In this document: piece after piece, positions 30,852 through 43,327 of the stretch
Position numbering within the stretch: the first letter of the stretch is position 1
How the letters are laid out: each line of letters begins with the position of its first letter
NCBI GenBank assembly: GCA_004431415.1
Contig: QPMI01000436.1
Location: 372,001-436,000, forward strand
DNA: 64,000 bases
DNA from: Cyanophora paradoxa CCMP329
Taxonomy: Eukaryota; Plantae; Glaucophyta
Direction of reading: 5' to 3'
Notes under the pieces: model-generated
What the model was told of the DNA's origin: nothing
Databases searched by the model: none
What the model saw: only the letters and a program-made list of their open reading frames with translations
Made by a program: the position numbers and the translations under genes

Positions 30852-33637
30852 CGCCTTTCTGTTGCTATCCGCTCCGATCCAGCCCCGGAGTCAGCGAGCA
30901 CTGCGGTTTCAGGCCGGCTTGTTAATAGTTTGAGTTCTGTGCCGATTTAGATGCCTTCCAGCTGTTCAGAAGAGTTCAGTCGTCATTTCTCGCACACCCT
31001 CTCCTGTTTTGGGTGTCCCACGTGTACAGGATGCTATTATCTTCTTTGCATCCGCTTTTGTTTTGGTTTAGATATTTCAAGTTGATCATGAATTCTGTAT
31101 ACGTAGTTTACATGTGCGCCTGCAATTGCAATGTACATGTGCAGCTCAGCGGCTGTGGTCTTGCATCCTGTAGTTACCTTTCCTCTGCCAGGCGCGGCTG
31201 CCCGGCCCGTCGCTCTTATAATTATTCGTCGCGGCTGCCCGGCCCGTATACGTATGTACGTAGTCCACCATTCTAAGTTTCTCCTTTTGGACTGCTACGT
31301 ATACTTGTATGTTGTCAGTCGAACTCCGATCGGCAGGCTGTTTTCGAAGCTGATCATGATGCATATGGGGCGATCTAAACAGCTTCTAGAGATCTAGAGA
31401 GATCTAAAACATGTAATTATAACATACTATCTTGACTCTCAAGGAGGCTGATCAGCCCCTCGCTATAGTAGGGTTGGCTTCCACTGGGGGCTCTAGATCT
31501 GTACTTCGAATTCCGCGCGCGGAAACAGCTGCACTATCTAAGCACCGTTTAGTAGCACTACCGCTGACTGGAGTGTGGCCCTCTCACTGCGGCTCCACTG
31601 GACCGGGGCGTCGAGCGCCGCATCATGATCATATGCATCAGCAGTGCGGCAGGGGCCGACCTGCTGAAAACGGCGTCAAACGCAGCGCAGACAGAATCGC
31701 CGAGTAGCTTTTAAAGCTATGATTCCGGGCGCGCACCACGTCGGGGCGCCAGAAGCGCCGGGCCGGGAGCGGACGTGGGGGTCGGCTTGCGGACGCCGCG
31801 CGGCGCTTCCGGTGCGTCTGGTGGGCCGCCCACACCTGTAGCGTTAGCTGTATGCCTATTGGACCGCTGTGGTCGCTTGCGGTGCCACAGGAACGCGTCC
31901 TCGTCGCTGCGCAAGCTTTAAGTGCGCATGCCTCCGGCGCACCGGATGGCGGGCCGGGAGAGCGCTGAGACTACGCAAGGGAGCTGGCTATGTATAAGCA
32001 AGGCCGTAGAGCTAGCTAGACGCGCCCCGGAGGCTAGGTGTCTTGGCGTCCCCGCCAGTCGCCGAATATTTATCGCGCGCCGGCGAACTAGGACTATGCA
32101 CCTGGTCGCTGCGGTGACACAGGCACGCGCGCGGGGCTGCTAGGTCGCGCTGCGGCGGTGGCTTAGTCGGTCAAGTTGCAACGGAAATAAAAAACTTTCT
32201 ATCGACGCTACCCCCAGCTCGTTGCCAACCAGCCTATCTTCCCGAAGCTTCCCATCGGCGCCTCGCTATCCATCGCCTGGACATCCCAGCCTAGCCGAGG
32301 ACATCCGGCGATCCCGGTCATCACACGCGCGCGCACATCACCATGCTCCTCGAGAAAGTGATCGTAAGCCGCAGAGCTCGAGCGCGAGCTCAATAAAGCG
32401 CAAAGCGCACCACGAAGCGCTGATGTGACGCCTGCAGAGATCCGAGCACACGCGTACCATTTCGGCGCTGCTCGGCCTCGCGGGCGGCGCGTTCCTCTCT
32501 GGGGTGGGAGCGGGCTACTGGGCTGGCAACTGGGTGCGCCGTGTTTGTCTTTTCTTTGTGGCTACGGTTGATCTCGAAGCGCGTCAGGGGAAGAACGAGC
32601 TCGTCCGTGAGAAGGAGGGGCTCGTCCGTGAGAATGGCGACCTGAGAGTGCGCCTGCGTGTCTGCGTTGTACAATTTTTCCTCTGATAGGCCCGTCTGCA
32701 GCTGAAGCTTAGCACCGCGAATTCAGAAGTGAGCGGCCGCTCCATCCTGAATCGATCGCGCTAGCTGCTCACGTTCTCGGAAGGCTGCTGGAGCCAAGGC
32801 TGGCCTCGGCGTTCTGGAACATGTGTTCGAGCGCCAGCCGCCCCCGCGGAGCGCCCCCCCCCCCTTCCTTGAACGAGCCTTCTTTGGGCGTCTCGCCTTC
32901 GCCATCCACGGTCATTGGCCTCGACGCCACGCCGGAGGTCGCCCTCGTCGACGCCTGCGCATGCTCCTAGGCCTCGTCTTCGCGTGTGTGCCCCACCCAC
33001 GCTCGACTTTCCAGCCATGCTCCGAAGCTAGAGGTTTCTCAAGCCAGCGCGCGCAAAGTAGCGAGCTTGGAGGCTCTCCTAATGCCTCACGGCTTTCCGC
33101 CGTCAGGAGCCGGCACTGCTAGCTGCTGCAGCGCTTGCGCAGAGTGCCCTGATTAGACCCCAATTACTTTTCATGTACCCCGTCCCGGGTCCTTCCCCTG
33201 GGCGACACACTTGTACCCGGCACTTGCTCTTGCGCTCAGTACACCAGCTCTGCGCATGCTCGCTCGCACCGCCGGCCTGCCGGAGCTGCGCAGCACGCAC
33301 TAGCACGCCCAGCTGCACCAGAAACCCAGCCCTTCTGACTCCAGTACTAGTAGCTATATAGAGCCTACCGGTAGTCTGCCAGGCCAGGCCAACGTCGCAA
33401 AAAGCAGCTTCTTCTCTTTGACATACAAAACAAATGCAAGAGCTGGACATCGCAGCGCGCTGGGGAAACTTGAAAAAAGGAAAGAGCGCCGCAGCTCTGC
33501 AGGCTGTCGGCGGATCCAGAAAAAGGGGGGAGGGGCGCCGGGCGTCCGCCTCAGGGAGAAAAAAGGAGAGAGCGCCGCAGCTTTGCCGGCCAATCGCGGA
33601 TCCAGAAAAAGGGGGGGGGGGGGGGGGGGGGGGCGCC

Positions 33638-35921
33638 TCAGGAGAAGCGGCGGGCGCGGTCGAAGGAGAAGCGCGGGGAGTGGGTCGGGGGCGGGAGCGG
33701 GCGGTAGGCGGTCGGCCCCGGGCTCCAGGCCCCGAGGCTCTCCGACTCGAACTCGCGCCCCATGTACACAGCCTTGCGCGGCTCCGCCTGCGGCCGCACC
33801 CGCTGCGGGCTCGTCCCGAAGCCGTACCCCCCCGTGCCCGGCAGGCTCTTGTCCCGCTCCAACCCCATCGTCGGCCGCACCGCGTACTGAGGCGCGGGGA
33901 GGGGTCGCTCGCGGGGGGTACGGGGCGGGGCGGGGCGGGAAGGGGGGGGGGTACGCGCGCACGGAGCCGGGGCCGGGGCCGGCGGGGGCCGAGCGGCTCG
34001 TCACTGCGCATGCAGCGGACGGCCCGTCAGTGGGGCGGAGGGTCGCAAGCCACGCCGGGCCGGGCCTTGGCGGGGGGGGGGGGGGGGGGGGGTACGCGGC
34101 GCACGGAGACCTCCGTCCGGTGAGGACGGTGGCGGGAAGACGCGCTGCGGCGCCGTCCCGAAGCTGAAGCGCGGGGCTCCGTCCCCCGGCGCCCCCTTCG
34201 GCCCCGCGTATGCCCCTGTACCCCCCTCCACGGCTCAGGTGAAGAAGGGGGGGGAAGAGGGGGGGGTACGGACCAGGCCCGGGGGAGTGCAGGCCGCGGT
34301 TGACCGAAGCGAACTCCTCGCCAAAGTACGGCACCTGAGGGGGGGTAAGGGATTTTCAGTCTGCTTTTTTGAGGGGGGATACGTGCCTTCTTGGGCTCGG
34401 TGTCGGGCCGGAGCCGGTGCGGCTCGGAGCCGATGCGCGCGGAGGGGCCCGGGGCCGGCGGCCGAGGCTCGTACTTACCGACGGGCGGCCCCACCTCTGT
34501 GCCCACGGCGCCCCGGCGCCCCTCAGCCGCGCGCTTAGAAAAGGGGGCGAGCGACGCGTACCCCTGGGCTTGGCGAAGCGGGTGGACTTGCTCATCGAGT
34601 AGACGGGGGTACGCGGCTGCAGCTTCGCAAACTGCTCCGGGCTCGCCCTGCGCCGCCGCCGCGTCGGCACCCCGGCCGGCGGGGGGGGGGGGGGGGGGGG
34701 GGGGAGGGGGGGGGGGACGCACGAGGAGAGGGGCGGCGGGGCGCGCGGGGGTGAGAAGGAGGCGCGCTGGGGCGCCTTGCCCGTGCTGAAGGCGGGGCCG
34801 GTCTTGCCCAGCCCGAGCGGGTCGCTCTTGGGGTAGCTGTTCGAGGTCGTAAGATAAGGGCTCAGCAGAAAGAGTAAAAATTACTAGCTATAGTAGATCA
34901 CTTTCAAGAAGCGACGGCTTAAGAGCTCAGTAGAAAGAGCGAACTTATTAGTAGATCAAGCTAAAGAAGCGAAGGCTAAAGAGCCGGGAAGTGGGCAGGG
35001 CTGGGAGAGGGGTACGTCGTCGACCGACCTGCCGGGTCCCGGGGAAGTGCTCGCCGACCGGGGCGACGCGTCCCGCTTGCTCGTGGCAAACGCGGGCCCC
35101 GCCTTCTTCGCCGCCTCCAGCGGCACGTTGTACCTGTACCCGCCGGCTGAGTCGGGGGGGGGGGGGGGGGGGGGGGGGGTACGGCGCGGACTTTCCGGGC
35201 CCGGGGCTGTGCTGCCCCGGCAGGCTCCCGTCGAACTCTCGGCCCATGTACGGGACTGCGGGCGGCGAATTGTGGTCGGGAGGGAGGGAGCGGGGTACGG
35301 GTTTGAGGCGGGCGGGCGGGGGTACGAGGGGCCCGGCGCACTCTTGCGTGGGCTACCGCCGATTTCGAGGCGCTGCGGGCCGGTCCCGAACTTTGCAGCG
35401 GTGTTGGGCCGCTTCCCAACGTCGATTGTGTACGCCCCCGGTCCCGGCTCGGACGCCCCCCCCGTGCCTGGCCGGCGCCGGTCAGGGCCGCAGCGGGCCG
35501 GGGAAATGGAAACTCGAATGAGAGCGAGGGGCGCGTGCGCACTCCGCGCGGTCTCGCCGAGCAGAGCGCCGGGCGCGCCCCTGGAAGGAACGCGGGAAGC
35601 GCGTCAGGAACGCGGGAGAAGGGCGTGAAGGGACGGGCCGATCTCGTTCAAGGGCGCACCTCGAAGCCATCGTCCATCTGGGCGAGTTGCTGCCGAGCGG
35701 GTCCCGCTCGTGGATGGGATACGCGCCGGGACCTGCACGGGGCCGCGTCTGACACGTCACGCACGCGTGGCGCCAGGTGCGGAGGGGCGACGCGGGACGT
35801 CGCGCTCGGAAGCGGTCTAGAGCAGCGCTACAACGCAGGCTGCACGCGCACCGGGGCTCAGTTTTCGCACAGCGGGCGTTTTGTCGCCTTTGCCGCCGTG
35901 CGCAGCCGTGCCTTCACCCAT
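33638..35921 (-). CDS. SHIPPO-repeat / ODF3-like axonemal protein (multi-exon)
   Basis: Repeated (S/T)PGP(G/T)xY motifs with P.YSM / PRFSFGT segments; start approximate. Confidence 0.7.
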
Positions 35922-36445
35922 GATCTGCTGCGTGCTCTGCCGACGCGCCGCGCGTCCCCTGCGCTCGCTGCGGCGCTCCTGCCGCTTTGATCTATGCCGC
36001 CCTCCGAGCCGACCGAATGCTGCTTCTTGAATGCGCTGCCGACGTGCAGGAGCTTAGGGAGGGATGCACTGTGCGTCCAAAAACGCGGATGCGTCGCTTC
36101 TTTCTTCTCAATCTGGGTACACCCTACTGCGTTCGTTCAAAGGGCCAAGGCGGGAGCTCGTCTCCGCCATGGGCTGGCAGGATGCGAACCTGCGAGGTGC
36201 CAAATGCCTGCCGATGCCGTGGATGTGCGATGTTGACCGGCGCTGCTCACTCGCTTCGCTCAGTGGCCGCGGCGACCCTGGCGCCAGCGACGACCCGGCA
36301 TGCCCCTCCCAGCAACCGTTCGCTCAAGTCGAACGCCTCTCTGCCCCCGACGCCGTGTCCGATCAAGGTCCGTCTCCGGGCGCAGTCGGCCGGGCCCAGG
36401 CGCGCTCTCTCCCTGCGTAGCTTCGCTTGACGACGTGGCACACCC

Positions 36446-38840
36446 GTGAAGGTCATATCCGTGGAGACGCTCTGCGGGAGCGGGCGCAGCGGCTTCCTGG
36501 ACAACGTCCCGGGCCCCGTGGCGGAGTTCCGCGCGCCCCACTCGGCGATGATTCTGGACGACGGCAGCGTGCTCGTCAGCGACAGCGGCAACAGCTGCCT
36601 GCGGCGGGTCAGCTCGTACGCCCACCACGTCGGCGCCATCGGCTCGAACATGCCCATCCTGCCCAAGGTCCCGCCGCCCCGCTCCGCCGTGCGCGGCGCC
36701 CGCCCCCTGACGCACCCCGCGCAGCTCTCGAATCCCCGCGGCATGTGCCCCTTCGGCAGCTCGCTGCTCGTCTGCGACACGGGCCACAACCGCATCCGCA
36801 AGATCAGCCTGCTCGGTGCGCCTTCGCCCCGCGCCGAGCGCCCCGCCCCGCCCCGCGGTACAGAGCGCCGCCGCCGACGCCGGCACGCAGACGGCATCAT
36901 GGTGGTGGATTTCGCGGGCAGCGGGGCGCGCGGCTTCAAGGAGGGTACCCTGGAGACGTGCAAGTTCGACCAGCCGTCGGGCATCTGCCTGCTACCCGAC
37001 GGCACGCTCCTCGTCGCGGACGCGGGAAACCACCGGGTACGGCAAATCTTCCCGGCCGAGCGCGTCGTTGTCACGGTGGCGGGGACGGGCCACGCGGGGT
37101 ACGCGGACGGCGACGCCCTCCTCGAGGCCGCCTTCAACGTGCGCCGTACCCCCCTCGCGCGCCCGTTCGAACACTCGGACTCGAACATTCGAGCGCAGTT
37201 CCCCACGTCGGTGGCGTTCGATCCGACGGACGGCGGTGTCCTCGTGAGTGACAGCCGCAACCACTGCATCCGAAAGATCTCCCCCGGTACCCTCCCCCTC
37301 GCCCGCCCCGCCGCCCCTCCTCCGCCTTCCTCCGCCGCCCCCGCGCCCCTTCTCAAACGCCTCCAGACTTCCGGCGCGTGGAGACGGTGGCGGGCTCGCC
37401 CGGGCGGGCGGGGTACAGCGACGGGCCGGCCCGCGAGGCGCGCTTCGACGGGCCGGAGGGCCTGGCGATCGGGCCGGGCGGCTGGTGCCTCCTCGCAGAC
37501 TCGGACAACAACGCCGTCCGCGCTCTCTCGCCCCGTGCGCCCAAACCGAGCCCGAGCCCGAGCCCGACGCTCGAGACGATACGAGGTTGATTGACCGACC
37601 GAACCGCAGGGCGGCGGCACGTGCTGACGCTGGCGGGGGCGAAGGGCTGGGGCTCGGCGGACGGCCCCCCCGGGCGGGCGCGCTTCAACTGCCCCCGGGG
37701 CCTCTCGGCCTCGGCCGAGGGAGACGTGGTCGTGTGCGACTCGAAGAACAACCTCGTCCGCATCCTCCGCACCGGTCCGCCCTTAGAACGAAATGACTAA
37801 CTAACCAGCTGGGGCTTAGCTTCCTAACTATCTGACTCGACGGAGGCCTAGCTTTCGTCCGCATCCTCCGCACCGGTCCGCCCGCCCTTAGAAGAACGAG
37901 CGAACTCGATTGGGCCATAGCTTCCCAGCGATCCTAGCTATCTCGTCGAGCTATCAAAGCTCCCCAGCATCCTCCGCACCGCTCCGTCCTTAGAACGAAA
38001 GAACTACCCAACTAGTTGACTCGAGCTATCTAGCTCTCCAGCTTTCTGTTCCACGCCCGCTGACGCCCGCCTTCTCCAGAGCTGCTTCACTTTCCGGAGC
38101 CTCAGCGGTCGCCGCCCCGCGCCGTCGAGGCGGCCGGCCCCGGGGCGGCCGGGCGCTCGCCCCCCGCGCCCGCCCCCGCCCCCGGCGCCCGCGGGGACAT
38201 GTCTGCCCGCTCGCTCCAATCCGACGCCTGGGAGGAAGGCGGTGCGCGCGCGGCCCCTCGCCGCTGCTGCCCTCCCCGCTCCGCCCGCCCCGCCCGCCCT
38301 TAACTTTCTCTCTCCGCAGGCAACTCGCCCGCCACTGGGACGGCCCCGGGCGTCACCACCACCTCGCCCGGCAGCGACAGTGCGCGCCGCCCCAAGCTCA
38401 GCTGAGCAAAGCAACGCTGAGCCGATCCTAGCTTCAAAAAGATATAAGATATATATAGCTTAGGTTAGGTTGCGCTTAGCCAAAAGATATAAGCTTTACC
38501 TTACAGTTTATGTATCTGCTAAGCTAAGCTCTAAGCGGAAAAGCTATAAGCTTTCGTTCTACGGCGTTCTGCTTCTGTAACTGGCCCATTAGACTTAAAG
38601 ACTTATTTAGACTTAAAGACTTATTTAGACTTAAAGACTTATTGACTCATTAGACTTAGCTAGACTAAGCCGAGCCGAGCAGCGCTGAGCCTCGCCTCGC
38701 CTGCGCCCGCCCGCCCGCAGCGTCCCGGAGGAGCCTGGGCCGGCGGAGCGGGAAGCCGGCCAAGTACCAGCCGCGCCCGGCGCGCGTCTCGCAGCCGCAC
38801 GAGCGCCGCTCGGGGCGCGAGTCTGTCAACCCTGACAAGG
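36446..38840 (+). CDS. NHL-repeat beta-propeller protein (multi-exon; ends uncertain)
   Basis: VLVSDSGNSCLRRV, LLVCDTGHNRIRKI, FDQPSGI..LLVADAGNHRVRQI, TVAGTGHAGYADG, ARFNCPRGL repeats. Confidence 0.8.
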
Positions 38841-39229
38841 TCCGTTCAAGATAGATAGATATATGGATGCCTCTAACGCGGATAAGATCGACTAGACCTT
38901 AGACTTAGACTAGACTAGACCGACTAGACAATCCTGACAAGGTCCGTTCAAGATCGATTACTCGAAGATAGAGGGATGAATGCCTCCCACGCGGATAAGA
39001 TCGACCAGATGGATGTCCGTGCCGCGCCCTTAGACTAGATGAAGCCTTAGACTTAGACAAGTCATTTTAGACAAGGACTGCTAGACTTCGACAAGTCATT
39101 TTAGACAAGGGCTGCCAGCAGCCCAACGATCCCATGATGACTTCAGAGCCCAACGCAGCCTAAGATGGCCTTGGAAGACAGCAGCGCTCTGCTTTCCCCG
39201 CCTCACGTGCCATCTCCTCCTCCTCCAGG

Positions 39230-42200
39230 TCTTCTTCGGGGACATCTGCGGGGCGCGCCACCGCCCGCTGCGCTCCGCGGCGCGCGTGCCGCGGGGCCAC
39301 CAGCGCCCCGACGACACGCTGATGGCGCTCGACCCGGGGACGCTGGACGGCGTGCCCTACGACGCGGCGGCGCCCGTGCCCGTGCACGACGAGGCGTCCC
39401 CGTCCCCGTCCTCGCCCTCCTTCCGGCCCCCGCGGGACAGCGACGTCTTCCGCGCCATGGACGCCGTCGGCGGCCTGGGCGGCCCAGGCTCGCCCCAGCG
39501 GCTCTTCCTTCCGGCCCCGCCGCCGCCGCCTGCGCAGCCCTCCTCGCCGGGCCGCGACGGGGCGGCCCCGTCGCCTCCCTTCGACCCGCTGGGCGTGCGG
39601 GGGCGGCCCTCGGAAGAGGGGCGGGAGCGCGCCGATATCCTCCAGCGGATGGACGCCGATCTGGAGGCCGTGCTCGCCCGCCTCCGCCACTCCAACGCCG
39701 GGCTGGAGGCCGCCCTCGGGCCCGGGCCCGACTCCGCCCCGCTCCCCGCCCTCCCCGAGGAGCCGTACCCCGCCGGCCGCCCCGCGGGGGTACCCCGCGT
39801 CCGCTGCGACCTCTGCTGGTTCGATGAGTACCTCGCCCAGTGGACCTACCTCGCGTACCCCCCTCGACTTCCCCCCCCCCACCCCCTGACCGCCCGGCAG
39901 GGCCTGTGAGGCGGAGGTGGCCCCCGCCGACCCGGAGCGCGGCGCCCCCGCGGCCCTGCGGCTCTTCCGGCCGGGCCTGCCCCGCGCCTTTAAGATCCAC
40001 GGCGTGGACGGCTCGATGCGCGTCGTCGTCAAGGACCCGCTCTTCTGGTGGTGGAACGAGGGCGCCGACTCCTTCGGGCTCCGGTTCTACTCCCCGCAGG
40101 ATGCTTTCGACCTCCGCGCGATCGTCCAGGGCGCCATCGTCTCGGCGGCGGCGGCCGAGGGCGGCGTGGTGGGCGAGCTGGGGTCGGCCCCGGGCCCGGC
40201 CGGGCCGCCCCGGCCCTCGCTCTCCCTCGTCCAGCGCGCCGGCGAGGGCGTCGGCTCGGCCGCCGACGCTCTGTTCGCCGCCCGCCGCGCCGCCGCCTCC
40301 GCTTCGCGGCCGGCCGCGGCTCCGCGGCCTACCTCGGCGCCGGCGCCCGCCGTCCGCAAGACGGCCCGCGCCGCTAAGCCCTCGGGCATCCCCCGCCCCA
40401 AGTCCGCGGCGGCGGCCCGGCGGGCGGCCGCCCGCCCGCCCCCGCAGGCCGCGGAGGATTACGATGACGATGAGGAGGAGGAGGAGGCGCACGAAGCGGC
40501 GGCGGCGGCGCCGCCGCCCCCGATGGACCTCGAGCGGGCGGCACGGGAGGCGCTGCGCGAGCTTAAAAAAGAGTACGGCGAGGAGGAGGAGGAGGAGGAG
40601 GATGGGGGGCGCGGCCGGGCGGAGGGAGACGAGGAGGGCGCCGGGCCCCAGATCCCCGTGCGCCCTCCCCGCCCTTTACGTTCCGTTCCGTCCGTCCCGT
40701 TAGATTGACGGGGGTCCGGGGTACGCAGGGCGGACGCGGGGCAGGAGGCGACCCGTACGCGAAGTACGAGGCGGTGGCCCCGCCCGGTGCGTGAAACCTT
40801 GGTACCTTAAGCCTTAGCCTCGAAACCTTAAGCCTTGAGCCAAGGCCCTGAAGCCTTCGAGCCTTATCGACGGCCGCGCCGCGCCCCCGCAGGTCTCAAG
40901 TCGCCGGAGAGGGCCAAAGGCACGCCCAGCAAGCAGCGCGAGGCGGTCTTGTCCCCCGGGGCCGCCGCCAAGCCCAGCCCCGTGCGCCGCTTTGTTGTTT
41001 GCTTGGTGCTACGCTTCTGTCCGACCGACGCGGTTTGCGTCAGCGGCGCGGGACGGCGCCGGCGTCGCCCGCGGGGCCGCCGGCGGCGGCGGCGGCGGCG
41101 GCGGCGCGCAAGGCCGCGGCGGGGTCGCCCCCTCAGCAGCAGCAGCAGCGGACCGCGGTGGCCCTCCGGCGTGGTGGCCCGGCAGCCGCCGCCTCCTCCG
41201 CCTCCCGCTCGGCCGCCGGCACGCCCGAGCGCCCACCCGCAGCCTATGCGTCCTCAGCCTACGCGTCCTCGGCGCCCGCCTCGGCGGCGCGGCCGGCCGC
41301 CCCGCCCTCCTCCTCCGGCCCAGATGCGAGGCGGCTCCGCGACGAGAACCAGGAGCTCCAGGGCCTCCTCCACCTCGCCGTGTCACGCCTGCAGGGCGCC
41401 CTCGACGCCCCGGCCGCCCCAGCAGAGCCGCCCCAGCCTCAGCAGTCTCAGCAGGCCCGGAGCGGGGTCCCCTCGGCGCCGCTGGACATGAACGCGCTGC
41501 GGGAGACGCGCCTCCACATGATGCTGAGGCTCTCGCCCGCCATCTGCGGGGGCATCCAGGCCGTCCCGAAGTACCTCTCCGTCGTCTGCGGGGCCCTGGC
41601 GCAGGGCGCCCTCTACCTCCAGTGGTCCATCCTGGACCCAGAGTCGGGCCGCCCGGCCCCCGTCTGGGGCGACCGATTCGTCGTACCCGCCGGGGCGCCC
41701 CTCGCCCTCCGCCTCCTCCTCGCTGACAAGGACCGCGACCTCTTCCGCCAGCGTGACGTCACGCGCGTCGTCGCGTACCTCGGCGAGGACGTCACGCCGG
41801 TACCCCTCCCCGAGACCGCGCTGGTGTACGAGGAGGAGGCGCGCGCCTGCGTGCTCGAGGTGCCCCTCCGCGCCCCCGCGGAGGGCCGGTACCCCGAGAC
41901 GGCCCCTCCCCCCCCGCCCGGCGCCTCGCACGACGAGGGGCTCGACCGTTGGCTTTCGGCGCTGCCGTTCGCGGAGCTTCGGCTGCGCCTGCACGTGTTC
42001 CGATCCTCCTGGGGCCCCCAGCCGCGGGCCCTGGCGGCCCCGCTCCCGGTCTCGCTCGCCCTGTGCCCCACGCCGGACTCGGCCCGAGCGTACGGCCCGC
42101 GCCTGGCCGCCCGCCTCGCCGCCCTCTCCGCCCCGCTCCCGCCGGCCCTGCGGCCCCTGGCCGCCGAGACCTGCCGCGCCGCAGGCTCCTGGTCCCCTTA
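39230..42200 (+). CDS. Multi-exon hypothetical protein(s) with a possible EVH1/WH1-like domain
   Basis: Coding-like exons; FKIHGVDG...DPLFWWWNEGADSFGLRFYSPQDAFDLRAIV resembles the EVH1 C-terminal GLxFxSxxEA helix. May be continuous with the NHL gene. Confidence 0.4.
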
Positions 42201-42551
42201 GGCCCAGGCCATCCGTAGGCCCCGCAGCTTCCTCAAGCTTGGATATTTGGCCTAGGCCTTGTTCGCATATGCATGTAATTCCAGTGCTCGTGCGTTTCGA
42301 TCCGCGCCGGGGCTGCGGGGCTGAGTGGTTCAGAGGCTCTGCATGCGCGGCTGCGCGGAGAGCGGGCGTGCGCAGCTGCGTGCGCTTGCTAGGGTGCGCC
42401 GCCGGCGCCCACCATTCCGACAGCGGGGCCCAGCTCGCCGGTGCCGGTGCCGGGAGCGCGGGCCGAAGGGAACCTGAAAGTATTATTACGAGAGGCACAA
42501 CCTACCTAAGCTGCGCTGCCTGTCCTACTGCTCCTGCACGCTCCGAAGCCT

Positions 42552-43049
42552 CTACGAGTCAGGGCCGCGGCGGAGAAGGTAGTTGACCGGCGGCAGGCGC
42601 TTCTGGTGCGTCGCCTGCGCGGAGGAAGGGAGCGTCAGAGGCGCGAGCGGGTCGACCGGGCCGCGGGGACGCGGGACGGACCATCTTCGAGGCGCATCTG
42701 CAGGGCGGCCGAGCGGCGTCAGCGGCGTGGCGGAGGGGCTTGCGGCGCGGCCAACGCACTGCAAGAGTCTCCGCTCTTCCTCGACGCACGCGGTCGGATC
42801 AAAGTTCGCCTTCCGCCAGCAGTTCATCGCTGCGGCGGGCAGGAACGGCGAAGCGGCTCAGGGACCGCAGCTAGCCGTAAAGTGCCGCGGCGCACCCGCG
42901 AGCATGTCGTCGGCGCACGCATTCGACTCCTGGACGAGGCGCTGCGGCGGGCGGCGATCGGTGGGGGACAGGGCCCCGCCTGCGCGCAGACGAACCCGAA
43001 TCTGCCGCTTGGAGACGCGCACGGCGGCGGCACCCGTCGGCCGTCCCAT
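42552..43049 (-). CDS. CHCH-domain protein, mitochondrial ribosomal protein mS37 (Mrp10/CHCHD1)-like
   Basis: Spliced MGRP...IRVR..RLVQESNACADDMLAAMNCWRKANFDPTACVEEERRLLQC...KRLPPVNYLLRR: twin CX9C-like pattern with an (I/V)NYxLxR tail. Confidence 0.7.
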
Positions 43050-43327
43050 TCTTCGGCTGTCGAACTGTTGTACCCCGCCCCGAGCAGACCCCCCCAAGCA
43101 AAATAGGCCGGACCCGGCCCACAGCAGCAGCGGCAGCGGCAGCGGCCGCACCTCGGCGACACGGTCTGCGGCGCCCGGCAACTCGAGCGAGCGGGCGGTG
43201 GGACGTTGGGAGGGTGTTTTGAAAAGCACCCGGCCCGGAGGAGCGGGCGCGTGCCGGAGGGCGCGTAGGCACCAGCGGTTGTAGCAGTAGAGCGGGGCGG
43301 TGACAGCGTGCGCCCTAGACTCCAGCC

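Noticed and set aside
30950-33400. Protein-coding genes or a transposon in this interval
   Set aside because: Only short ORFs without recognisable motifs; no terminal repeats or transposase found by eye.
33611-35180. Long poly-G tracts as functional elements
   Set aside because: They lie in introns or flanks as poly-C on the sense strand, and their lengths are unreliable in this assembly.
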